NCBI GenBank assembly: GCA_964016885.1
Contig: CAXHJY010000514.1
Coordinates: 124,001-188,000 of the forward strand
Source of the DNA: Eledone cirrhosa
Lineage: Eukaryota
Reading direction: 5' to 3'
DNA length: 64,000 bases
Shown here in pieces: positions 12,575 to 25,690 of the stretch (position 1 is its first letter; the number at the start of each line of letters is the position of its first letter). The notes under the pieces are model-generated. The model had not been told where the DNA came from. It searched no databases and saw only the letters and a program-made list of their open reading frames with translations. The translations under genes were made by a program, and so were the position numbers.

Positions 12575-12808
12575 AATCATTACCACCACCAGCACCACTG
12601 CCATCATCATTACCACCAGGAACACTTCCATCATCATTACTGCCAGCAGCACCTCCATCATCCTTACCACCATCACCATCATCATTACCATCACCATCAT
12701 CATTACCATCACCATCATCATTACCATCACCATCATCATCACCATCACCATCATCATTACCACCAACACCATCATCATCATTGCCCTCTAGCACCACCAT
12801 TATCATCT
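12575..12808. repeat. (CAT/CAC)n compound trinucleotide repeat with ~18-bp sub-period
   Basis: accatcaccatcatcatt repeated; produces spurious poly-Met and GDD ORFs. Confidence 0.9.
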
Positions 12809-13070
12809 TTTTATATTCATTTTTCTCTGCTAATTAATTGTGTTTACACAATCACAGCATCTTTGACTTTTTAAGGTACCTTGTCATCTCTGAATTCATC
12901 CTTCATCATGTCTTCTCATGTCTTCCTTGGTCTTTCTGTTGTGCATGTTCCTTCCACTTTGGTTATATTGCTCATCATGACACAGATGTGAAAAATAATG
13001 CTTGACATAGTTATTTAAAATTTGTATGAATAAATGTGCTAGGGATAACTATCAATGAAAGTAAAATAAT

Positions 13071-13255
13071 TATTTCTACTTTTGGCACAAGGACAGCAAT
13101 TATCCCAGTGCATTACTGGTACTTTATTTTATCGACCCCGTAAGGATGAAAGGCAAAGTTAACCCTGGCAGGATTTGAACTCAGATCATAAAGGGCCGTA
13201 ACTCTTTGCTGCAAAGCAAGGCGTCCAACCCTCTACCACTACTGCCAATGCACCG
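13071..13255 (-). mobile_element. tRNA-derived SINE with 16-bp TSD
   Basis: TSD atgaaagtaaaataat at 13055-13070 and 13256-13271. Confidence 0.9.
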
Positions 13256-13414
13256 ATGAAAGTAAAATAATGATATTCAAATTGTGACAATTTCTTCTAC
13301 ATAAATTACATGTCTTTGTAATACATGTCAAAAATACATAGTTATTTGACCTGCTAGAAATAGAAGTCCAATCTCTTATGGATCACACTTAAATAATACT
13401 ATCAATATGAAATC

Positions 13415-13645
13415 ACCATCATCATCATCACCATTAATGTCCATTTTTCCATGCTAGCATGGGTTAGAGAAGTTGTCCCATTGTGAGACAAGTCAGATCA
13501 GGTGATCTTACTCATACAGAACTGTTTTGGGATTGGTTTTTATAGCTGGGTGTCCTTCCTGACACCAACCATATTTACAATGGACTGGGTGCTTTTAATT
13601 GGGCCATCAAAAAGACCACTTTACAGTGTGGACTGGATGTTTGCT
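13415..13645 (-). mobile_element. RTE-tailed short element (same family as 29991-30330)
   Basis: (CAT)n plus ttttccatgctagcatgggttag tail; RTE 5' motif (tatagctgggtgtccttcct); ttacagtgtggactgg units. Confidence 0.7.
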
Positions 13646-14929
13646 AAGTGATTTTGTTCTCTTTCAGCTCTATGAAGTATCAAATTTTATATTATGTAGA
13701 TATAATAAAAGTTGCAAACTGGCAGAATCTGAAATAGGTTGGGCAAAATACATAACAGTATTTTGTTATATCTCTTTGTGTTAAGAGTTCAAATTCTGCT
13801 TAGCATTGATTTGCCTTTCATCTTTCTATGGATTAATAAAATGTGTACACATTGAGTATTAATCATTTTGATATCTACCCACCCAAAATCATTAATTTTA
13901 AAGGGTTCCCATTTGAATTAAAATATTTTAACATAATTTTATATAATACCCATATTGCCGTATAAGTAATGAAATAATTATTGATTTTAATCATTTCTTC
14001 AAAATTCTTCATTAATCAAGTGATTTCATTAGAAATACAATCACAAAAGGGATAAAGTTGGTTTAGTTACTATATTATTAAAAGGAGTCTTCACACTGCT
14101 TGTTTCTCTTCACAGATGAAACATGTTAGCCTCATCTATGATGATGGCAAGCATTTGAATGGGAGAGCCCTTTCTTGTTTGAAATGGATCAAATTGCTCA
14201 TTTAGAACAACATATGATGTGACATATTTTGGTTATAAACCCAGAAGCTGCCACCAACTATGCAGGATAGGTACATACAGGCTATGGATGGAAAGATTTC
14301 TTTTTACTTGAGTTACTGTTGAGACATCTGCCATCACCAGTCCCCAGAATGTTGCTCACCTCCACCAAAATGAGATGAAGCTTATTATTCCTGAGGAAAG
14401 AACCCTTTTGTGTATGATGATTGATGGCAAAACTTTTGCAATCCTATTTGTGAGGCATAAACAAAATAATAAAGAATTTGTTTATTTCAAAAAATATTTA
14501 TCTATGGTAAAAGAGTTTAGGCAAGGTAGAATATTCATACATTTTCGTTTTGGATTAATCATCAACGTCATTGTCATTGTCTTCATCGTCATCGTCATCA
14601 CAAGATAAAAGTGGTATTATATAGAGACAATGTGCTGAGCACAATTCTATATGGTTTCTGGAAATATACTCGCCTCATTGCATTTCATGTCATTTAACTA
14701 GTTGTGTGCGTAGTTATTTATTGTTATTATTATTATATTGCAATTATTGCCATTATCGTTTGTAGAATATTGCTGATTTTAAACGTTGATATATATATAT
14801 AAAGTAAATACTAAAACATAAATAATTTATCAAAGCAATAGTTGATGTATTGATTTTTATGTTAAATGTGTATGTATTGACTTTGCTTAACAATGTGTGC
14901 ATGAGTGTGTGTGCATTTGAATGTGCATA

Positions 14930-15375
14930 TATATAAACTACTTATGTTTTTGTATAGATTTACAAGTATATACACATACATGTGTATATATACATGTGTA
15001 TACATACATGTGTATATAGAAATGTATATAAATATACATATATATGTATATACATTTCTATATACACATGTATACACACTACTTATGTATTTTTATAGAT
15101 CTACAAGTATATAAACATACATGTGTATATATACATGTGTACACATACATGTGTATATAAAAATGTATATATATATAGATATTTATGTATATACATTTCT
15201 ATATACACATGTATGTATGCATATGTATACATACATGTGTGTATATATGTATATTTATGTGTGTGTGTCTGTATATATATATATATAAGAGTGTGTCTAT
15301 ATATATATATACATAGGTGTGTATATATGTATGTATATATATGTGTATATCAGTGTTTACATATATATATAATAT

Positions 15376-15440
<65 letters not shown>

Positions 15441-15480
15441 AGCATAATTATATATGAATGTGAGTATGTATATATGTATG
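14930..15480. repeat. TA/TG/CA low-complexity array containing a ~140-bp direct duplication
   Basis: cttatgt-ttt-tatagat-tacaagtatata occurs at ~14941 and ~15080, followed by long (TA)n. Confidence 0.85.
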
Positions 15481-16134
15481 CTCCTATCGGTATTAAAATG
15501 TATGTTTAGAGACTGCATGACAATGAAGAAAAGGCGGAACGAAGGGATGAAATAAATTTTTACGCCCATGTTTATAACCCATAGTCAGAGTGTCAGTGAG
15601 TAAGTGGAATCTTCCAGACTTTATGTCTGAAAGTTTCCTAAAAATAAAATCCGGATGAGAGTTATCATAAAAAGCAATCAGATAAACTTATATTACACAA
15701 TTTATTCAACTAGAGCACACTTTCGTCTCTCACTTCATGTTTTTTTGGACTAACTCTGTCTCACTCTCTCTCTGTATGTATATATGTGTATATATCTCAA
15801 TCTCCACATCTCTATCTCTTTCTATCTCTGCTTCATTATCAAATTATTTTTTCAATATCCAATGCTAACATTTTATTTCAGACTTTCATCTTTACAGATC
15901 CAACAGTGTTTTTTTTTCTTTTCTTCTCTATGTTTAGCCCCCCCCCCCCCCCCCCCCTGCATTTTTACCACTTAGAAAACTTCTGTTAGTATTTTACAAG
16001 TGGATAGGGAATGTAAAAATTGTTTCCTTTGAATTTCCCTTTTTTTAATTCAACACCATACACACAACACATGTATATAACCATATACACATAGACATAT
16101 ATAACATACACATCTCAATGCCATTTTTACATTT

Positions 16135-16630
16135 GTACATTTGCTTTTCCATGCTTGCAGTGGTAGCCCCCCACCCCACCAGCACTTTTCTCTTTCCAAT
16201 GTCATCTCCTTTGTGAATTTCAATATCCTGAGGTCAGCTTTTACAACCTCTTCTCACATCTTGCTTGGTCTTCTTCTTTCGCAGCTTCCTTCAACATGAA
16301 AATCCTGGCACGTTTTCACCCGACAATCATCCTCCATGTGTGTTACATGTTTGTACCAGTTCAACCTTCTCTCCGGATTGCTACATTTGATTTCATTTAT
16401 CCCAAGTTTTTCTCTCTGATTATCTGTGCTTATCGTTGTTCACGCATCATAACATTACACACCAACTGGAGTATGCTTGATTAACTAACCTCCAGTCTTT
16501 GGTAAACTATGCATTCAATGTTCATGTCTCACTAAGATACAACATCGCACTTCATAAGTAGAATATTGTATAGTAATCTGTCCTTCATATGAAGAAAGAA
16601 TCCCCTCATTACCAGCAGAGCTAGTAATTT
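16135..16630 (-). mobile_element. RTE/BovB 3' fragment
   Basis: Diverged match to the RTE 3' end (ttttccatgcttgc..., gaggtcagcttttacaacc, atcatcctccatgtg). Confidence 0.7.
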
Positions 16631-17224
16631 TCTGTGATCTCTCTCTCTCCCTCTATATATATGTATATATATACATATATATACATATATATATACTCAC
16701 ACCACAAACACGCACACACACACACACAACAGTATATATACGCTCTCATTTTTCTAAGATTCGTTTTTTGTAAACTGTTTTTTTATATATTCCGTTTAAT
16801 TCTGTTTCTATTTATTTTGATTTCATGTTTTATTTTGATTTCTATTTTTCCCATCCTTTCATATTTTTCCTGCTAACTCCCCCCTCACTCCCTCTGGGAG
16901 CCCCCCCCCCCACACACACACATTCTCACGAAGCCTGAAGCTAATAACACGGTGTACCATTGACTCCTGTGTTTGTTTGTTTATTTGCCATTTTGAACTA
17001 TATATTTCCATGATTACAGCATTGTTTTTGTTGTTGTCTCAGAATCATCAACCCCGTAGCTCTTTGGTAGGTATCAAAACAGCTGGACAACAATGTCTAT
17101 CAGCCTATTTATTTAATTTTGTATCTGTTTTAACAACTGTCTATTTATGTATAATATTTACCTGTGTATGTACACACAGTGTTGTTATTGTCTAAGGAAA
17201 GCAAAGAAGAGGAAAATACTGTGT

Positions 17225-17920
17225 ATGTAGATGCACAGAGCTAATTGATGGGAAAAGTGTCAATGATATGAACCTCTTCAAGTAACAGGAAGTGTCCATA
17301 AAAGTGGTTCATAGCTTCTGCTATCTAGGTGACTTATGTAACAGCAGGGGTGGCGGTGCTCTGGTTGCAAAATAGATAGAATAAGAATAGGATGGACGAA
17401 GTTTAGAGAGCTTACTTCCACTGTTGATAAAAAGTTTCTAACAGCGTACAAAATGATGACTGTATGATGTGTGTGTTTGGAATGAGATGCTGCATGGTAG
17501 TGAAACATGGGCAGTGACTGCAGAAGACATGCGTAGACTGGAGATAATGAAGCAACCATGATTTGTGGAATGTCCAATGTAAATATAAGAGAAAGGTAGA
17601 TATTGGATGAACTGAGGGAGAAACTGTGATTAAGGTGAATCTGAAGTGGTGTGCAAGACAGAAGACTGCATTGGTATGGACATGTGATGCACATAGATGA
17701 TGATTGCTAGATGAAGTGGGGCCGAGAAATACCAGTGATAGAAAGCTACAGTAGAGGTAGACTAAGGAAAATCTGGGAAGAGATGGTGAGGGCTTATCTC
17801 AAATCTCTGAGACTCACTGAGGAAATGATGAAGGATCACGGCAATTGGAGTGAGGTTGTGCTAAAAGGACCAATCAAACCCATGAAAGCATAGAAAAACT
17901 TTTATAAAACGATGATGACG
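17225..17920 (+). mobile_element. RTE/BovB 3' fragment
   Basis: Translates to remnants SFCYLGD, MLHGSETW, RRLHWYGHVM, RGRLRKIWEE; ends aaaacgatgatgac. Confidence 0.85.
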
Positions 17921-18057
17921 GATTCCAGATATTCTTTTAATGTTGCAAAAATTGCAACACATATTTCTGACTTGCTTACTTCATCATAGCATATTCCCTC
18001 ACCGATTCACATCGATTATTCCATACATATCATATATATATATATTTGCTCATCATT

Positions 18058-18448
18058 GGTGGATTGGCAGTATCGGTAGAGGGTCGGACGCCATGCTTTC
18101 CAGCATAGTTACGTCCCTTTACGGTCTGAGTTCAAATCTTGCCGAGGTTAACTTTGCCTTTCATCCTTACAGGGTCGATAAAATAAAGTAGCAGTAATAT
18201 ACTGGGTAATTGATGGCCTTGTGCCAAAAGTAGAAACAATTATTATAATAATGTTCTAAGGCGGTGGATTGGCAGTGTCGGTAGAAGGTCGGACGCCATG
18301 CTTTGACACATAGAGTTATGGCCCTTGCCATTCTGTGCTCAGATCCTGCCGAGGTTAACTTTCCCTTTCATCCTTACGAGGTCGATAAAATAAAGTACCA
18401 GTAATGCATTGGATAATTGCTGGCATTGTGCCAAAAGTAGAAACAATT
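18058..18448 (+). mobile_element. Two tandem SINE copies (18058-18240 and 18260-18448)
   Basis: Two consecutive consensus copies; the second is flanked by attattataataatgttc / attgttataataattttc. Confidence 0.9.
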
Positions 18449-20480
18449 GTTATAATAATTTTCATTCCATTTTCCTTTAGACATATATCTTTATTTTGTT
18501 TTGACAAGTTAATCACTGAAGTGATTGTCAGATTGTAAGTCACGACATTATGCTTTTTTTTATTAATTATTTTAATATAAAGACATCCCATTCCTGGGAA
18601 CATATTTATAAGCTATCATTTTAATTTTGATTTTATAAAATAACAATGCAGAACAACGTTTCTAATGATCTTGGAAATTTTTAATTTGTTCCAGAGGAAA
18701 GAAAGCAAGAAATTTCTTTGTATCTTATAAACATCTACATTTTGTGTTAAGTTTACATAATATTTATCTGATGAAACTGTCAAGAATTTGATCAGATGCA
18801 TCCACCAACATTACATAAATGTGCATACATATATGATTTTTTTTCTTTTTTTTTGTTTATCCTCTGACTCATGTTGGAGTTGTAGGGGTGCTGGGTTGAC
18901 ATAGAGTATGTCTAGGACATTCTTTTAAAATCTTGCAGAGTCCATCTCCTCTCCAGTTCTGAATACAGCACATTTCTTCCAAAGAAGGATAGAGATGTGA
19001 GAAAGAGATAGGAAGAATCAACCCTAGTACATGACTGATTCTTTTTTTTTGTCGACCTTGAATAGATGAAAGTTACAATTGAGCTTGAAGGGATATGAAC
19101 TCAGAGAGTAGAGTGCCAAAATGAATATGGCAAAGCATTTTATTTGACATGTTAAATCGTTAATACCATATTTTTCTTACTTTTCTTATTATTTGAAGTG
19201 TTTTTCTATTTCAACTGTTTTACTTTTTTGCATATATATTTTTAATTCTTCTCTTATCATGCTTCTGATAAGAATAAGCTCCTTATGCTTTTTAAGCAAA
19301 CTTACATCATCATTATATGTCTGCTTTCCATGCTGACGTGGCTTGGATGGGTCACTCCAGTCTGTCATGTTGGTGGGTGGAGTAGTTACTGCATTTGTAG
19401 ACAAGTTGGAGGACCACATTACACTTCTCTGTTCCAATTTTGGCATGGTGTCTATGGTTAGATACACTTTCTAACACAAACCATATTACATAATGTTCTG
19501 AGTGTATTTTATCATTGCACCAATTAGAGAATTTGCCATATTTTCAAAATGATTTATATTGTCTCCATTTGATGAATGTATTTTGTGTATTTTATCATCT
19601 AGAGAAGTTGTCGTGCCCCCAACAAAACTAGAGTTCTAAATATTATATATTGTCTGTATTTGATCACCAAATACTTTATATAGTGTATTGGGTACATTTT
19701 CTCATAGTATCAGCTCTAGAGAGGTCATCCTGTCCACAGTAAAACTAAATAGACAATTTCACTCCATACAATATCTGTTAGTTCATTGCATTCATTATTA
19801 TTGTTTTATCCAATGGTGCTTCAGTTAAAGTTTCATCTAAATAATTGTGCAGGTGATTTGAAGATGAATGATCACCTAGAGTTGAAAGAGTAGAGGGTAT
19901 GTAAACAAGAAAAAAGATTTAGAGGACTTTTGTAAACCAACTGTAATGCCTTTTTAATTTATTCCTACAGCAAACTGATTTTTTTTAACATAATGTAGCA
20001 AAAGATTATCTTATGAAATTTTTATCGAATGACATCTCTTATCATTTGTGTAATAATGGACTTTTGTTTGAGATTCTGATTTGAATATGAACACTTTCCC
20101 TTGAGCAGTTTTTTGTGGTGTAGCCACATGGGAATTTCCAGTAGTGGTATCAGGTGGGTTAGTATTAACAAAGTTGTATTATTTTTTTAGATGAGTTTTT
20201 CTATGGAAATCAGGAGCTAGTCTTAAAGGATAATTTATTTTTCCTTTGATAATAGGATACAATAGAATCCTTTTAGTGTCATTTACATACATTGAAAATT
20301 ATCTTGATATAGATCAAAAGTTGAATGCAGAATCAAAAATATATAACACACAACATATATAGCATTCTTCCTGTGATTTACTTAGATTATTGGAGCAGCA
20401 TTGCTGTAGACTTCTTTACATAGTGTATATAAGGCAGGCCTGCTTATTTGAGACTATTTTTTCCAGACTATACTCAAGGG

Positions 20481-21208
20481 CAGTGGCGGACTGGCCAGGT
20501 TGCGCAATGGCAAGTAGGCCCCAAGGGAGCCACAGTATCATTGCAGGGGCCAATGTTAGCATTGCAGGAGCCCATTATAGTATTTTAAGGGCCAATGCTT
20601 TGCTTTCAAAAATATCTTTTAAAAAAGTTCTTAGAGAAAGAATGAAAATAATAATTCCAGCCGCAACCTGGTGCAGTCTGTGACTAACCCAGGTTCTGCT
20701 GCATGTCGGGCTGAGGAGGCCAAACTCTTCAAATACCGGTCACTCTCCGACAGGTTTGCGGTTGTACCCTTGCCAGGGGAGACTTCTGGTGTCCTCGGCC
20801 CTAGGGTTACCACCTTACTCACTACCATAGGCGCTGAGTTGGTCAGCCACAGGTGTGAGCCCCGCGAGCTGGAATGGCTTTTCCAGCACGTCCTCTGGGG
20901 AAATGCCTTCTCCATTCTGTTCACCAAGGCTGTGGGGAGACCACCAATAGGATTGACTGACTTGTCATTTTATCAGTCAGATGTTCTAATGATTGTATGA
21001 TATTAAATCAAGTGAAAATATATAGTTTACTCCAGAATATACTATATATAACTATAATAAGCAAAGCATTTCGTCAAACAATTCCCTAGGTAATTAATAG
21101 AAACCAAAATATATGATGGTGCAAACAGTTAGAATCACTGGTTGTGTGAATTTATAGCTTACTGAATTTATTCATGCATGCATACATGCATGGACACACA
21201 CAAACACA

Positions 21209-21249
<41 letters not shown>

Positions 21250-21862
21250 TTACATATACACACCAGCTGCTGGCCAAATAATGTTTGATATCAATAGGTT
21301 AAAGACATATGTAAAATCAATTAGTGGTCAGTTCTATAGTCTAATGTCCCTAGGGAGAATGAATGCTAAATAATTTTTGTACAAGTTGAAAACATTTATG
21401 TATATGTATATAAATCTAAATGTACACATACACACACTCCCAGATATATATACTGAGTGAATGGGAAAGACCACGGTGATTATTGAAAGTCTCTTGATGT
21501 GTATATTTCACAAGGTACTTTATAATTTTTATTGGAGAAGATAGGAATGGTCACTTGCATACTTTTCTCTAAATAACATTTTACTATACATTCACAATTA
21601 TTTGAATATTCAATTATAAATTTCTATATTAACATTTAGTATTATTTTATACTGCCAGTAATATGTACAGTATAATATGTACACTATTAGTAAAAAATAC
21701 ATATTTATTCCTGCAAAAATGTAATTGTACTGTTTTATTTTCACTTATGTATTTTTTGAAAATGTTATTTATTCATTATACAAATTAAATGATATCTTTC
21801 TATATGTGGGTGGGCCCCTTTATCTCCTGGCAACCAATATTTTTAGACCTGGTCTGCCACTG
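20481..21862. mobile_element. Putative hAT-like non-autonomous DNA transposon (CAGTGGCGGAC TIRs)
   Basis: cagtggcggactgg at 20481 and ctggtctgccactg ending 21862; GGGCCC-type subterminal motifs at both ends; the 8-bp flanks match only 5/8. Confidence 0.5.
20660..20940 (+). mobile_element. 3' RLE fragment of CRE-like non-LTR retrotransposon
   Basis: AEEAKLFKYRSL..F.VVPL..ETSGVLGP...LFQHVLWGNAFSIL resembles the C-terminus of CRE-type RLE proteins. Confidence 0.7.
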
Positions 21863-22120
21863 TTCACAGGAGTGGGCACGAGTATCATTGTGTTTGCTAC
21901 ACAATCAGTAGTCTTAGGTTCCATATTAGTTGGTGGCATATTTAGCAAATATTTTGTTTTTTCCATAGCCCTGGATCAACTTGGATCGATTTAATAGCCA
22001 GAAACAGTATCTAAAGCCCATCAGATGGATTGTACTTGTAATTCAAAGGCTCTACCTTGTCACATAGTGTCACATTGCTTTGGCTTGGGAATTACATTAA
22101 AAACACACACAACTGTAAAT

Positions 22121-22236
22121 GAGGTTGGTGTTAGGAAGGGCATCCAGCTGTAGAAATCAAGCCAGAATCAGTTCCCGTCCTACCCTTGCAAGCAGGGAAA
22201 AAGCGGACGTAAAATGAAATGATGATGATGATGATG
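22121..22236 (+). mobile_element. Minimal bipartite RTE-derived element
   Basis: RTE 5' motif aggaagggcatccagctgtagaaa joined to the RTE 3' end cctacccttgcaagcagggaaaaagcggacgtaaaatga + (GAT)n; flanking aactgta at 22111 and 22237. Confidence 0.75.
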
Positions 22237-22309
22237 AACTGTACAATACGTAGCTAATTACATATCAATTTGACACATCAGACAGTTGATGAAACAACTA
22301 AATGATACT

Positions 22310-22740
22310 TTTGAAACAGATGGATCACATGAAAAAATGCTGCTGCAGATCCACTGTGGATTCTTTCGGTCTCCCTCCGTTGCCAAGCCATTTTAGTGCT
22401 GACCACCACCCACACCATGCTGCTGTCAAAGAGATTATAAAGCATGGCCTGGATGGCAAAGGCTTCTATTTGCAGTTTGAGTCAGCAGGGCTGGATTGAG
22501 GGGATGGTAAAATGCCAGATGGCATGACAATCTTCCCATTCTGTGGGGATAGGCCCCACATCCGGAATGCCGCTGTTTTCATACCTTCTTTAGCAGCAAC
22601 CTGGTGAAATCCACTACCAGCCCAAGCTTCGCTGTTTGCCAGGCTGAAGAGGGCAGACTGTCAAATGATTGACTTATCTCTGATAAGTTTGTAGTTGAGC
22701 CTGTGGCAGTAAAACTTCTGGCATTCCTGGCCCCTAAACC
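22310..22740 (+). mobile_element. CRE-like RLE fragment
   Basis: GDGKMPDGMTIFPF (RPD-type nuclease motif); nucleotide similarity to 20660-20940 (gcaacctggtg...aggctga). Confidence 0.65.
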
Positions 22741-23395
22741 ATATCCCTACTATCAGAGCAGAGTGTGCTACTCTCAGCAACCTTTTCAGATGGGCGATTT
22801 AAAAAAAATAAAAACAAAGCTGGTTTGTGGCAGATTTGTACCAAAAGTGTTAAGTAGTCTAAACAGTGTTAAGGAGTCTCAACAGGATGGTTCTTATCCA
22901 TGTTTCTCTAAATTGAAGTGAGTGAGATTAAAAGAGTCTCTGCGGGAAAGGATACCAGTACCTTGCTGGTACTTGTTTTTATCTGAGTATACTGGGTCAA
23001 TGTGAAATGAAGTGTTTTACTCAAAAACATAACACACAACCCAGTCCAAGAATTGAACCCATGACATTATGATCGTAAGTCCAACACACTAACCACAAAG
23101 CCATCTGCCTCCAGCTAACTATATGCAGTTGACATTATAGAAACTTTTGGTTGTTGCTTGTTCATTTAGCTTACATGCATCACTACAGTAAATATTACTA
23201 AATTAATTCTCTCTTTTAATCATTTGCTTTGTGTATCCAGTTTAGAATAGATACACCGTATCACTGTTTGTTGTGAGAGGTGACTAAATGGATTGGTACC
23301 AGGAAGAGCATTCAGATCTGAATCATTGCATCAAAAAGGACTCTATAAGAAAGAAACCTATTATGAGGTCTGCAAAGTATATATATATATATATA

Positions 23396-24202
23396 CTAGC
23401 CAAATTACCTGCACCTTGCTGCGTTTCACACATTTATGTTGTAAGAAAATGATGATTGATTTTAAATCTGCATTTCAATATTACTCAATGTAAAATGTAA
23501 TGCATGAAAAATTGGAAAACATTTTTTGTAATATATCAAATCAAAATTACATTATTAAATCTTATTCTTATTTTGTTTCTTGTAAATAATTTTTTTTAAA
23601 ATATCAATTTAAAACTTGATCATTTCATTTTTGTGTAAAGCATTATTTTCAAATTAGAAAGTCAAAGCTTAATTGTTTATTCTTTAAATGCATGAAAATA
23701 TATTTCATACTTTGTCCTAATAAAGAACTTCAGGGTAAACAACATTTCTTGTCTTTCTTTGATTGGCTAAAATGTAGAGATTTTTTGAAGTTCTAGTCCT
23801 TGAAACAGCCACATAAAACATGCCATGACTGAAACATGGGTTTGTCAGATCTATACCAATAGTTTTGAAAATTTGACCTTGACTCTTATTGATGTGCATG
23901 GCAAAGCATAGCCTCACTTGGAACTGCAGCTTCTTAAATGTAATAGGCATCATATCTTGTCATTTAACTATGTTTTAAATTTCATATAAATTGAAGGGAA
24001 AAACTTTTCAGTGGGGGTTTTCAGTGGGGGTTTGTGCCCCCGGGGAACCCTTTGATTAACAGGAAATATACTTATCCAAGTACCCTGGGAAATGTAGTTT
24101 CAGAATATATGAGGTTATGGGGTCTATCTCCAAAACCATAGGAGGAGTTTGTGAACAAACAAACAAACAGACAGACAGGAACTACAACTTTATATATATA
24201 GA
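23396..24202 (-). mobile_element. Non-autonomous Helitron, copy 2, retaining Pif1-like helicase C-terminus
   Basis: A|TC start and CTAG|T end on the minus strand; contains the helicase ORF remnant at 23717-23953. Confidence 0.9.
23717..23953 (-). pseudogene. Helitron RepHel helicase C-terminal remnant
   Basis: LQFQVRLCFAMHINKSQGQ...CFSHGMFYVAVSR...TRNVVYPEVL, corresponding to Pif1-family helicase motifs V/VI. Confidence 0.9.
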
Positions 24203-25468
24203 TATTCACGTTCCCATCATTATGGCATCGTGTTGGTGTCTTTCAACTCACTGGTCAAGTTACATTTCTGAGAGAGCGCAGCTACTCTTTGTCTGCTTCC
24301 TCTAGACAAAGTGGTCAGCAGTCAGGTTCTACTATGTTGTGAGGTTGATGGTGAAGGCTTTCCGATCTTCTTTAATGATATCCTTCCAGTGCTTCCTTGG
24401 GTGGCCTCTGCTTTTCTTGTCACTCACTAATTCTCAAAAAAGTTGTTGCTTTTGATGATTAAGATCTTGATTCTGAATATTCTGGAATATGGATGGCTTG
24501 AGTCATAGTAATGTTCTGTGTAAACATTGTTTCTGCTGTCAGTAAACCTTTACATTGTGTTCATTATTGTCTCATCCACTAATGCTTTAGTTAAAGTTCC
24601 ATCTACATTTGAAGACAGAGCAATATATTTGGATATTTCCTTTTACTATTATTTATGAGTTTTCAGTCTAGCATTTGTTAGTTGATATATTTGTTCCTTA
24701 GAAACTGACTTCTTTCACCTGAATAAAATAATCTCATCAACAACAGAAAGGCAAGCTGCTATGCAGAGTGTTTTTACTTCTATTGGACTTTTGATAGTTT
24801 TACACTTCTAATATCTTCCCACACATCCAATTCTGATACAAATATAATAGAACAATGTTATATATTGGTATTATTCACGTATTCTTTTATTCAATTTTTG
24901 TTATTTAAAGGAATATGTATATCATGGGAATCTGTAACGTTAAGAGACAAAACATTCTAAAATAATATTACAATTGAACTTTTGGGTGAAGATAGAACAA
25001 TTTTTTATTACAATGCAGCTGAGACCTACACTATTAGGCAAGCAATGTTTGCTTTACATATAAACATAATACTAGTTTAAGGAGATGTTAAGGTCATTGC
25101 TTTGTAGTTCTGGTGATATTTTACTGAGCAAAACTATGACACACATAGTTAACTAAATATCAGCTTGCAAAGCGCAAACTCAGTGTACCACACATCATTT
25201 AGATTTTAACTAATATATCCTACAATATTTTAAATATTTTGTTTGTAACTTCTAGAAATTTCTTTAAATTGCGTTTATATATAATCTAAACCTACAAATA
25301 TAATCCTCAAATCCCATCAGAACATATTCTACATCATCAAGCTCTTTCTACTAAACATGTACTTTATTAAAAAAAAAAAAAAAGTAGTTATATTTAATAC
25401 AAAGAATGATGCGTTCATGCATGGAGACACCACAAAACAGTTTATAAAATAAGGTGAAGACCACTTAA

Positions 25469-25690
25469 CCCTTTAGCATTTAAACCGGCCATATCCGGCC
25501 AGAATTCTCTCATCTCTTTCTCTTCAAACTGGCCATAACCAGCCACTCATACCAACTTTAGAGTGGTATTGTTCTCAAAATAAATAATATCAAAGTCTCA
25601 TAGCTTCGATGTTGTGAGATAATTATGTGAGGTAAAACCTTTACCATGAAAATACAATAATATATATAGAGTAATGCAAATTCTAAAGGG
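25469..25690 (+). mobile_element. piggyBac-type MITE
   Basis: TTAA|CCCTTTAG...CTAAAGGG|TTAA. Confidence 0.85.

Noticed and set aside
12476-12806. Poly-Met/Val and GDD-repeat ORFs
   Set aside because: Translations of a (CAT/CAC)n microsatellite.
14862-15569. YIYI/CVCV-rich ORFs (also at 10.0, 31.4 and 60.4 kb)
   Set aside because: Dinucleotide-repeat artefacts.
23717-23953. Host PIF1 helicase gene
   Set aside because: Only a C-terminal fragment, enclosed by Helitron TC/CTAG termini.
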